Source of the DNA: Bugula neritina
Taxonomy: Eukaryota > Animalia > Bryozoa
DNA length: 64,000 nt
Direction: 5' to 3'
Assembly (NCBI GenBank): GCA_964035545.1
Contig: OZ037767.1
Location: 10,488,581-10,552,580, forward strand
The translations under genes were made by a program, and so were the position numbers. Under the pieces are notes generated by a model. That model was not told the DNA's origin. It was given only the letters and a program-made list of their open reading frames with translations, and ran no database searches. Positions 12,901 through 23,550 of this stretch are shown here, one piece after another (position 1 is the stretch's first letter; every line of letters begins with the position of its first letter).

Positions 12901-15900
12901 AGCAGGTCATTCAACCTCTGCACAACGCTGACAGCGCATTCCTGGACCACGCTGTCGGAGATGGTGATGTCGGCATCCAGCACATCTCTGACAGAAATGA
13001 ACATACAGAGTATAGTATACAGAATGCACAGAGTATAGTATACAGAGTGTACAGAGTGTACAGAGTGTACAGAGTGTACAGAGTGTACAGAGTGTACAGA
13101 GTGTACAGAGTGTACAGAGTGTACAGAGTGTACAGAGTGTACAGAGTGTACAGAGTGTACAGAGTGTACAGAGTGTACAGAGTGTACAGAGTGTACAGAG
13201 TGTACAGAGTGTACAGAGTGTACAGAGTGTACAGAGTATACAGAGTAGAGTATGCAGAGTATACAAAGTAAAGTGTACAGAGTAGAGTGTACAGAGTAGA
13301 GTATACAGAGTAGAGTATACAGAGTATACAGAGTATACAGAGTAGAGTATACAGAGTATACAGAGTAGAGTATATAGAGTATACAGAGTGGAATATACAG
13401 AGTAGAGTATACAGAGTATACAGAGTATACAGAGTATACAGAGTATACAGAGTATACAGAGTATACAGAGTATACAGAGTATACAGAGTAGAGTATATAG
13501 AGTATACAGAGTGGAATATACAGAGTAGAGTATACAGAGTATACAGAGTGGAATATGCAGAGTAGAGTATGCAGAGTATACAAAGTAGAGTGTAACAAAC
13601 TACAAACTATAATGTAGTTGATAGTGAGATCATGCTGATTTGAATTAGCTAGATATTAGATAGAAATGCACTGGATATCCTGCCCTGTATACACATGTGT
13701 ATACGTTTGTATCTAGTGTGAGTTAATCAGTTCCAAAACATGGCTACTAGAATAAGCACTTTGCATAAACAAGTATGTACAGAGTATACAAAAAAGTTAG
13801 TGTCAAAAAGATATAATTTTCACTAGCCATGAAGTACCAACCATTTTACACTTGAAGCTGTGCAACAAGTACAACTACCTTTCTGTATATCAAGCACTAC
13901 TCGAGGTTATCTATATACCATGTACTACTTGAGGTGGATGACCTACAGACTCAAGACTATGACTTGACTATGAGTATTTACTTGAAGGGGTGAGAGTCGT
14001 CTCCCGAGTGCACCTTGGCAACGACAAACTTGACAACTCGAGCAGTGAAGGCGATGATGAGAGAGGTGAGCAGCAGATAGGACACGACTGAGATGATGGA
14101 GTAGGAGGAGATGGAGAGCAGTAGTAGCATCAGCAGAGAGAGGACAACTCCAGTCACTCGAGGGTCTCTCCACAGCAGTACGTCCCACACTGAAACAGAG
14201 TATACATGAGTATAGTAGATATACAGAGTATAGTAGATATACGTGAGTATAGTAGATATACATGAGTATAGTAGATATACAGAGTATAGTAGATATACAG
14301 AGTATAGTAGATATACATGAGTATAGTAGATATACAGAGTATAGTAGATATACAGAGTATAGTAGATAGACAGAGTATAGTAGATATACAGAGTATAGTA
14401 GATATACATGAGTATAGTAGATATACATGGGTATAGTAGATATACAGAGTATAGGAGATATACAGAGTATAGTAGATATACAGAGTATAGTAGATATACA
14501 TGGGTATAGTAGATATACAGAGTATAGTAGATATACAGAGTATAGTAGATATACAGAGTATAGTAGATATACAGAGTATAGTAGATATACATGAGTATAG
14601 TAGATATACAGAGTATAGTAGATATACAGAGTATAGTAGATATACAGAGTATAGTAGATATATATGAGTATAGCAGATATACATGAGTATAGTAAATATA
14701 CATGGGATTGCATCAAACTATGTGTACTGACTACTCCATAATGCATGATTTATAGTTAGTAGCTAGTAGTGAGTATAGAGTAGTGAGTATAGAGTAGTGA
14801 GTATAGAGTAGCTAGTAGTGAGTATATAGTAGTGAGTATATAGTAGTGAGTATAGAGCAGTAAGTATAGACTAGGTGGTATAGGGTAGTTAGGAGGTCAT
14901 ATAACTTTATTAGGTCAATAGAGTTAGATTGTATAGGCTATAAAAGCTTCCAGAAAGCTCACAGGCAGATGATGACTGGATGCGATGCACTCACTGTGCT
15001 CGTGATTGCATTGGAATACCATCATAATCACAAGAATAGATAGAAATCCGCTGATGGCAGCAGCACTGAGTGAGTCATCAATCATTCAAGGCAGCATTAC
15101 CGGACACGCGGCACTGCTAGCTTGCGAGTTTATAGCTGTGAGAAACAATTATTATTATTGACTTGTGAGCCACAGCTAGTGTAGTAATAACCTAAGATCT
15201 GCGCATCAAAAGGGGACTATACCCCAGCCCCCACTTAGATGCTGTCATATGTACACTAGACATACAGGACATGTGCCGAGTACATCTATAATATAAACTG
15301 TGCTTCAGTGAGCAAATCCCTCAGGACTCCTTCTTTCAACAGGCCTACTTTTAGTAAACTGGTTTTATAAAAATCAATATATGAATCAAATAATTCAAAC
15401 ATTGAGCACAAATCTAGAGTTTTCAAGTAGCACATGCGACTATCTTTATAACCCAGTGCTAAAGTATTGAGTACATCCACTGCATTTAGCAGCAGCAGTG
15501 ACCTAGATCTGGTACTACAATCACACACACTGCAAGTGGCAGGAATAACTGGCTTTCAGATCTTGAGGATTGGTGAACCACCTTATCTACATACTGCTAT
15601 AATGCACCCCACCCCATAAAATTAGCATAACACACTACTTATTTGTGGTAGTTAAAACATCTACTTTTGAAAGACTGAATTTGTACAGTGAAGGGGTGGC
15701 ATTGCAGCTATATACCAGTATGTATGTATTATATGCTAGCCAATTATATAAGCAGTATATCTATCCAATAAGTTGTATACATCAGCTAGACAAACATTGC
15801 ATGTATTTTATCCTCCTTCCCTAAGTACTGTGTAGTGTAATATATACTACACGTGATATAAGTGATATATTACTGCTGTACAGTGTACACCCGTGTTAAA

Positions 15901-18391
15901 TCTGACCTAGTCGCGTGAGTGTCTATATATATCACGTAGGCACATCTGGTTTCAATTTGACTATAATATACGGAGTTGGTTATTTGCAGGAAACAGTTTC
16001 CTATTGGTTAGAAGAGAAAACAAATATAATTTGCAGAGGCAGGGGTACCAGATAAGATTATAAATGCTTCATAGGCTCGTCAGTAAAGTCTCTGACTGTC
16101 ATAAACCGCTGCCTCTCTGACCGTAGAGAATATGACAGTTCACAGTTAGATCACTGAAATCAATGTGAAGGCCAAGTGAAGCTAGTGTGTGCATACTGTG
16201 TTGAAGGTGTGGTTGACCAATGACATTAATTACAGGCATTAGCTGCAAGGTGAAGTGAACCTTTCAATATGTAGAAAGTATCTGCAGCAACATGTACCAC
16301 ACGAGTGTGAGGGTAGGAGTAGAGGGCATCGGAGTAGAGGGGCAGGAGAGAAGGGTAGAGGGGCAATAGGGTAGGGTAGAGGGGTAGAAGGGTAGTGGAG
16401 TAGAGGGGTAGGGTAGAAGGGTGGAGGGTTAGAAGTTCGTCATGTTGATATGACATAAATTAGCCTACATACCCTTTGGGTCAAGTTGCTTCATCCAAGT
16501 TACAAAGCATGCTGTAACAGAACAAGTATCGCATGTATATTTTAGCCATAGCTTGAAAAGGTAGCAACTAGCTATGGCATTTCTCATCTCCGCCAAAAAC
16601 AACAAATAATGTAACATTATCCACAGTTTAGCAAAGACAAGTCTGGTAAACAGTAGAAGCCGGTGAAAGAGTTCCTAGTTGGTCGGCAGCTGCGAACTTA
16701 AAACTAATGCAACCATTTGCCTACACAATAACCAGTAGTGACCTGCATTCAGCTGCCAGTCTTTAGTTGCAACACATTTTTAATGTGTGAATCAAATCCC
16801 ACTTGCTTTCAACATTAGACTACACTCGCATATATACTAGTTTGCTCCAGCTGTATCTGAAAATATTTCCCCAAGACCTAATTGATCCAGGCTAAACCAT
16901 TAAGAATCATGAAAAGTTGTTAATTGCGAATTTTTGCCAATGGTTAGAACACCCCAGACAAATTCTCCTAATGCCTAACCTAAAAACTGAAGCACTGGAA
17001 AAAAACAGTGCAACATAACATATCAACTGCTGAAGTAAAATCCAGTTTTTAACAAATACAGCTTTGAATTGTAGAAACACAAAGAAAAATCTTTTGACAG
17101 GTGCACCCAACTAAAATAACACAATCGAAAACATGCAAAAAACATTGACTTGCAAAAATTGTCTTGAAGGTATTATGCCAAATGCAACTTTAATATGGGT
17201 TGGACTAACACTATACATATAATGTAACACTTTGCAGAAACAAACCAGGCCATGAATTAAATTTAAACAAAAGTTATAAGACACCAATGAACTGGTACAG
17301 CATATAAAAATGTGAATGAAATCAGGAAGTGAAAGCTGCATATGAATGTGGCACCAACTGATAATATTATATGTGGCTCTAATGCAGCATTCGCACAAAG
17401 AATTATTCACTATTGAATTGTCTAACTAATCATAGCATAGCATCAATTATGAATTCTATAAAATTTTACCTGCTGAGTTTGAGCTAGAGCATCTAGCTGG
17501 TGTAGGAGCAGACTTGGTAGGCGTAGCAATGGTAGTTGCTTTGGGCATCTTAACTGGTTTATCATCAGATAATAGTGTTGGGCTGTCGGCTGCCACTCCA
17601 GCTGATTTTGGCATGCTGCTAAACTGACTTTCAGGTTTTAAAACATCAGCATGAGTAGATTCTGGCTCCATTGTGATTCCATCAAGCAGAGGTTTCTCAT
17701 TGTTTAACAGCAGAACATCTTCGTTTATGTTGGTGCTGTCCCCTCCAGCAAAAACATCAGAATTTGGTGTTTCAGGATCAAGTTCACGAAAAACACTTTC
17801 TGGAGCGAATGATTGGTCTTTTTCGACTGACACATCAAGACCAGATATTAACGGAGAGTTATCATTAGATAAAGCATTGTCATCATTAGTATTCGAGAAA
17901 CTTACAATTGCATCATTATCTACACAACCCTCAGTAGCAAGTCCAGGTGGTGAGTGTAAATTAAAATTAGCTGCAGCATCTAGATCAAACTGACCAATGT
18001 TGGTCGAATGTAAGTTTAAAACCTGTTGATGCTCATCTTGACCGACATCTATCAGTCCCATGGTACTGTCTCCGTTTCCCACTTCTAGTACGTCAGACTG
18101 ACCGTGGGCTTCATTTTCAAAATCAAGCAAAGTTTCGGCTTCACGTTCAGCTTTTGATAACTGTGAAATTTCTTTAAATTGAAATTCGTCATCGAATGTT
18201 TCCGTATTAGTAGTACTGTCTGCAGTTGCTAATGAATGATTGTCAATTTCACCATCTTTTAAATTTTCGCTTTCAAATTCATGTTGAGTACCAATTTGAA
18301 TTTGTCCATGTTCATGTTGCTTCAAGTTCTCAGCTACATAGTCAGAGTCCATAATATTAGAGCTTTCATCAACTCCAACAATATCAGCCAT
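3916..18391 (-). CDS. RTN: Reticulon (RTN/Rtnl1-like), long isoform about 509 aa; exons 17470-18391, 16473-16511, 13982-14189, 12849-12987, 5217-5286, 4839-4944, 3916-3961
   Basis: The spliced translation gives a long acidic N-terminus followed by a reticulon homology domain (WMKQLDPK-VWDVLLWRDPRVTGVV...HPFK-DVLDADITIS...LRDLVFVREFGASFK-ISVVLFAMTYVGACFNGLTILTL-AVAAMFTLPKFYEVKKVQIDQYVDVA...KKQKSQ*). All introns are GT-AG and phases are consistent. RHD exon sizes 208/139/70/106 (=47+59) nt match the conserved metazoan reticulon layout. Confidence 0.93.
4304..4807. mobile_element. Non-autonomous TIR element (Mutator/foldback-like MITE) in a reticulon intron
   Basis: Inverted termini TCATCCCAGATAG...ACTAAATTTCCCACTT(A/G)GACGCTT(T/C)CCAGTTAGACGCTATTT with internal short tandem units. 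Flanking direct repeat TTTAGCA at 4297-4303 and 4808-4814. Confidence 0.75.
5725..6114. mobile_element. Degenerate hAT-like MITE end(s)
   Basis: Clustered AATTACAATTAC motifs ending in ...ATTACTCCAACCCTG (reverse complement CAGGGTTGGAGTAAT), resembling hAT termini. The other end was not found. Confidence 0.4.
6677..7429. mobile_element. PIF/Harbinger-type MITE (about 750 bp)
   Basis: Imperfect TIRs TGGGGCTGCCACACTACAGTC / GACTGTAGTGTGTCATGGGCA, flanked by a TAA target-site duplication (6674-6676 and 7430-7432). Confidence 0.75.
7701..8443. mobile_element. MITE with about 33-bp TIRs (probably Harbinger-type) inserted in the copia relic
   Basis: Left CCGGCTTTCCATGTACCGATCTCAGATCGATCT matches the right-end reverse complement CGGGCTTTCCATGTACCAATCTCAGATCGATCT. 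Repeated AGATCGATC subterminal motifs. TSD not clear. Confidence 0.75.
9610..9701. mobile_element. 92-bp internally deleted Harbinger MITE (same family as 20775-21117)
   Basis: Termini GCCTAGGGCCACAC ... GTGACCCTAGGC with a TAA TSD on both sides. The first ~78 bp are near-identical to 20775-20852. Confidence 0.85.
13004..13594. repeat. Minisatellite, 9-bp unit ACAGAGTGT/ACAGAGTAT with 14-bp variants
   Basis: Directly visible tandem array abutting the acceptor of reticulon exon 12849-12987. Confidence 0.97.
14195..14703. repeat. Minisatellite, 18/19-bp unit ATACAGAGTATAGTAGAT / ATACATGAGTATAGTAGAT
   Basis: Directly visible tandem array abutting the acceptor of reticulon exon 13982-14189. Confidence 0.97.
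14757..14870. repeat. Short tandem array, ~14-bp unit AGTGAGTATAGAGT
   Basis: About 6-7 imperfect copies visible. Confidence 0.8.
14995..15085 (-). CDS. RTN: Probable alternative first coding exon of the reticulon (MIDDSLSAAAISGFLSILVIMMVFQCNHEH)
   Basis: ATG at 15085 is immediately preceded by an in-frame TGA. The exon is 91 nt and open, with a perfect GTGAGT donor in phase 1, compatible with the RHD exon starting at 14189. Confidence 0.55.
16309..16430 (+). repeat. G-rich purine low-complexity tract (GGGTAGAGG-like units)
   Basis: Numerous GGG/GGGG runs separated by short linkers. Confidence 0.8.
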
Positions 18392-19563
18392 GTCTAACTT
18401 TTTAAACACAAGCAGTAAATTGTCACATAAAAATTACCTACAGTGTCTAACTACTAAACAACTACAATCGCAAAGACGGCGAAGTCTATTATATTAGTAT
18501 TACTGTTGCTACAAGTACAAGCTTCAACTTTTGAATTTAAAAAAGTTATTGGAACCTTGACCTTAAATTAGAATCGGCGAAGACACAATTCGACGTTCAA
18601 AAAACACTTTTAAAATGAAACATAATAAACAAATAATAAAATTTATCAAAATAAATTTATTAAACAAATAAATGATTAATAATTTTAAAAAGCAAAGCAC
18701 AAAAACATCACGCACTAAAATTGTAGAACTAAATCTTTTTAGCAGACGTTGTTGTTCCGGCAGTCGTGAGATTTAAGGATAAAACTGGAAGCTCCTAGTC
18801 CTACTCTTAGCCTAAAAGTAAAAATAAATCTTTCTTTAAGCTTTATCCATTATTTTGCTCGCTCAGAGTAAATAATAAATATACTACAAATAAATTCACA
18901 ACGGTAGACTTTTAAATAATTATTGCAGTTTAATAGTAAAAACCGGTGAAATAGTCTTAGTCTTAGTAATAGTTTTTAGTTTACCTATGGCTATAAGTAT
19001 AACTAATAACTATAAGTATAAGTATACTGATACTCATAATCATAATCACTTTATCATAATGATATAAAATTAAATATTCATATTGAATTATGAACTGTAT
19101 ATTAATGTATAAATATTTATTAATTAAAAATATACTATTAGTATTACATTTACTGTCTATTAGTATTAGTGATACTGATACACTAAATCTAATACTACTA
19201 GTACTACTAGTACTACTACTAGTAGTAGTAGTAGTATAATTTCTTGATTGATAATCATTTAAAGTTAATCAAGTAATCACTATTAGTATTACTAGTCAGT
19301 AGACTAGTGTTAGTGTATAAGTATTATTATACGTGCTACCATCAGTGTTACAGTTACTATTAGTAAAAGTATTGGTTATACTAAAAGTAGTTAAATCACT
19401 ATTAGTAGTATTAACTAGTTATTTATAAGTATAAAGGCATAATGGTAATGGTTATAATTGCAGTGGTATTTATAGTGGTAATTGCCAATGGTAAATTAGT
19501 AGTTGTGGTACTACTAGTAACAGTTGACTGCATAGCACACTCATACTTCACTAATACTCCTTG

Positions 19564-19652
19564 GTCAACGTTACGGTGCTGAGTGGTTTAAGGCGCTGTG
19601 TTCAGGTCGCATTCTACTCTTGTAGGCGTGGGTTCAAATCCCACCTCTGACA
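19564..19652 (+). pseudogene. tRNA-Leu(CAG)-derived pseudogene
   Basis: GAGTGGTTTAAGGCGCTGTGTTCAGGTCGCATTCT...GGCGTGGGTTCAAATCCCACCTCTGACA matches eukaryotic tRNA-Leu(CAG), including the long variable arm and B box. The 5' acceptor strand/D-arm entry is disrupted (GTCAACGTTACGGTGCT) and the anticodon stem has a mismatch. Confidence 0.8.
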
Positions 19653-20774
19653 AAATTTTAATATCTGGTAATGGTAGATAGGTCAAGTTCATAATGACTT
19701 AAATTTTTTACAGGGTGTCAAATACATAACAATATTTTAGATTGTTTTAAAATAAATAGTTGACCATTTAGCCCGCAATTTTTTGCGATGCCAAAACACA
19801 CTGAACTGAAAATTTTGCTGATGACATCTTCTTGCAAGTCAAGTAGACAGTGCTAAACATGAGTGATTACATGTCCCTAGTTTGATGTCATGGCTTTTTT
19901 ATAATCTTTCAAATTTAAAATTTCTAATTTAATTGTTATTTATAAGCTTATCAACATGTCAAAAATTCTATGATTTATTGATAAATCTATTGAAGCTACT
20001 GAAAAAAGTGTGGTTATAGTGATACAGTTTAACTGCTTAGCTCAACATACTACCATAAACAAAAATACAGGCCATTGAAGATGCAAAAACAAAATGTGTG
20101 TTATACTTTTGCTATTCAACAACATTGGAAAATTTGAGAAACCCAAAAAAGCGTTGGCAAGACTGCCAAACAAAGAATAAAAATATAAAACAAGTTTAAA
20201 GGCTAGCAACAGTGCCAAAAGCTGCTGGTCAAAAACTTATAAATCTCCATACAAAAGTAGCTCAAGTGTTATTTTATATAGTATTAGTGAAGATAAAATT
20301 AAGCCCCCCATAATTCAACACTAAAATTGTGGAAAAAAGAATACTTTTAATGGAACAAAAGAGATATTTTGTTTCATTTGACTAATAACTAATGTCATTG
20401 GAAACCTTTGCCTCTTAATTAACTAAAATTTTATAAGAAACCAATAAAATAGCAGTTCCTCGAAATAAAAAACCCATTGTTTAGCACTGATAATATGCAA
20501 TAAAAATAAGCCTATGTAATATGTATAAGAATTCGAATAAATTACAAACTTTAACCAGCTAATAAACATAAAAAAAAACAATATGACACTGAATATCAGA
20601 TTTAGGACAGCAAAATTCAAAGTAAGATTGAGTGTGTTCACAAAAATAGCTGGGTCTATCAATGCTAAAAGATATGCTACAGCATTTCAAGATGCAAAGA
20701 AAATTTATTAAAAAGGGAAACATAGAGATAGTATCAATTTCTTAAAAATTTTTCTATACATTATACTTTACTTA

Positions 20775-21117
20775 GCCTAGGGCCACACTGTGCGTATTTT
20801 CGCATGCGAAAATTAAAATCACGGGTAGCAAAGGTGTCCACTGTAGCGTCAGTGATGCGTGATAAATAAAGCTTTCATTTTTAAATCGCACTCGCTTTCA
20901 ATAAAACGCAATTTACTGGAATATAGCACTAAATAAAGAAATTGGGCTCGCTGAATAACTACCAGCCAATTAGGTGACGACGACAGAGACGATTCGCACT
21001 TGCGTTGAAAATGCAGAGCGACAAGTGCGAAGGTTTTCTCAACGCGCACAGTGGACACCTTTGCTACTTGTGATTTCAATGTTCGCATGCGAAAATACGC
21101 ACCATGTGGCCCTAGGC
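20775..21117. mobile_element. PIF/Harbinger MITE, 343 bp
   Basis: About 70-bp TIRs starting GCCTAGGGCCACA..GTGCGTATTTTCGCATGCGAA, with a TTA TSD on both sides (20772-20774 and 21118-21120). Confidence 0.9.
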
Positions 21118-21515
21118 TTACTCGACTAGCTGCAGTGCTATTGTGCCATATGGCCTTGTCAATAATGATTCCGCTTTACTCTATGCTTCTTTTGCTGTGT
21201 CTTAATCTAGTAAAGCTAACATGTGATGAAGTTTAAAATAGAGTTTGATTTACATGTGTTATTTTAGAACTGTCGAAATAAGATTTTTAATTAATTAATA
21301 ATTAGCTTAATTTTTAGCAATCACCTTTATGATTGTATGACCTCTTACAAATGTAGATAAGCTTGCCTTTACATAATTACTTATGACATTTTCGACATAA
21401 TTAATTGTTTTCAAATTCATTTGTCTTATCATTTCTAAATGTTCTATTTATATATTTTACTGTGTTAAAAATCATATGAAACTAGAAAATTTGATTACTG
21501 CTATGTTGTAGTGTT

Positions 21516-23371
21516 ATGAAAGATAGCTCTATTCATGTGGTGCCATGCACCCCTCAGTTAAGTTGTCTTCATTCGACACCTTTGTCTGCAGTGTCTTCCT
21601 ACAGGTTCTACAACTCTGTATCTCCAAGGACACCATCTTCTATCTTTAGAAGAGATGGTAGAACGACAGAAACCAATCAGAGGCTAGCCTGTACGTGACA
21701 ATAATTTGCAACAGCCTGCCATTATCAATTGAAAATTAAATCGCATGTTTTGCATACCTGTTGAAATGCTGGATAAATGCAAATAAAGTTAGTTTTAAAT
21801 TTGGTCTATTATTGTGGATCCTTCACGGCTTGTGCTTATTTAACATAAAAAATTCATGCATTATACTACAGTTTGCCATTATCAATTGAAAATTGAATCA
21901 TGTGTATTGCATATTCCTGTAAATGCTGGATAAATGCAAATAAAATTTATTTTAAATTTGGTCTATTATCATAGATCATTCCCAAACCTATGCTTTCATT
22001 CAGAAGTTTCTTGAATGGGAGTGGACAGTTAATAGAATTTTGTTTGAGTATACCGTCCTGAACTTATAATTTTCTTGTTGGTTAATGGTAGTATGTGTAT
22101 AAAGTAACTGTACTTATGTGTGTACTTCCGAAGGCTTCTGTATATGTATATATATTAATTATGTGTGCTTTTAAACCTCATATGCTTTCAAAATCATGCA
22201 TGTAAAATAACATGGTTCTAGTCGGTCATGTGCATGCATTGTTTGCAAATAAGATTTTTCCACATTTCCTGTATGCTTGTCCACAGCTTCCGGTGATACT
22301 CCATCTACTTCAAGTCTCACCCCCATAATGAGGGTCAACAGACGACAGCTAGTTTCTTTTCCAATTGGTACAACACCTGTCCAACTTCGGCCATCATTTA
22401 CACCAATTTGGAGGCTAGAAAAAGGGCGATCCAAGGCAAATATAAGTGGTAAGCATTTATTTAAGAAAAGAAATCATCTGTATTAAAAGACTAAGAACAA
22501 CTGTTTTTGTAAGAAAACCTGCAGCGTTTGGGGTTGTGGGATTTGTCTTTCCAATCAATGCTCGTACTTGTTTATATCTCAATTTTGAACAAAATGTGAT
22601 AGTAATTGTCATGCGCTGATTTAACATTGTCTTCAACTATGGTGTATACTAAATTTTCTGTCAACTTCTCTTGGTGATATTGTGTCAGGTTTTCTAGAAG
22701 TCAATATCAATCCATGAGTAGTATATATATATACATATACATACACACACGCATGAGCGCACGGATGTGTGTGCGTTCGAGTTTGTGCATGTGTGCGTAT
22801 GCGTTTCTACGTATGCGCGTGTGCATATGTGTGTTCGTGCGTGTGTGTTACATTATGTTTATTTATTATTTATGGATATGTATTATACTATGATACCATA
22901 TTAAAATGTTTTATATTTAAACATTTTACAGCATCTCAGAATCAAGTAGTTCCTGGTACTCCTCAAAATATTACAGAAAATAAATTCAATTCTTCTAAAA
23001 CCAAGATCAAACCTCGTGGATTCAAGCTGAACAGCCATAGCCCTGGGGCACCTTACAACACATTGCCAGTAAGTTTTTATTTGATTTAAATTATTTTTAA
23101 TACTATTTTATATTAGGTTGTACTGTATGTTACCCATTGTTATACTGTGTGTTTCACACCACTATACCATGTATTATTATACTGTATATTATACACTGCT
23201 GTATCGTATGCTTTATGCTAGTATACTGTATATCATGCTATACATATACTTATTATATTTTTGCAGAACAGTCACTCCAGGCCATACTTCACTGCAGATG
23301 ATGACATCTTTCTGGATGAAACAGAGGAGGGTGTCCATGGCGATGAGTCAGAGCATATATTTGACTTGTAG
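21516..23371 (+). CDS. Uncharacterised S/T-P-rich protein with acidic C-terminus, about 192 aa; exons 21516-21690, 22287-22448, 22932-23068, 23267-23371 (upstream exons possible)
   Basis: Four exons with good acceptors/donors and consistent phases (1, 1, 0). The C-terminus is FTADDDIFLDETEEGVHGDESEHIFDL*. A further intron follows in the 3' UTR (23385-24069), with AATAAA at 24224-24229. Confidence 0.7.
21710..21981 (+). repeat. Two imperfect direct copies of a ~115-bp segment (period about 157 bp) in an intron
   Basis: TGCCATTATCAATTGAAAATT...AAATGCTGGATAAATGCAAATAAA...TTTTAAATTTGGTCTATTAT occurs twice. Confidence 0.85.
22722..22848. repeat. Compound TA/CA/GT microsatellite
   Basis: Visible dinucleotide runs. 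Confidence 0.8.
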
Positions 23372-23387
23372 ACTCTGACAGACAGTA

Positions 23388-23550
23388 AGTATGTATACAC
23401 ACATCTGCATGTATACACACATCTGCATGTATACACACATCTGCATGTATACACACGTCTGCATGTATGCACACGTCTGCATGTATGCACACGTCTGCAT
23501 GTATGCACACATCTGCATGTATGCACACGTCTGCATGTATGCATGCATGT
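23388..23550. repeat. Minisatellite, 18-bp unit GTAT(A/G)CACAC(A/G)TCTGCAT (about 8-9 copies)
   Basis: Tandem array beginning at the GTAAGT donor at 23385. Confidence 0.95.

Noticed and set aside
12813-14746. Long ORFs of 119-267 aa with VYS/VHS/CTL/YYTLYI repeats
   Set aside because: These are translations of minisatellites; only the embedded 139-nt and 208-nt reticulon exons are coding.
15286-15528. 80-aa minus-strand ORF in a reticulon intron
   Set aside because: No phase-compatible donor and no recognisable motif.
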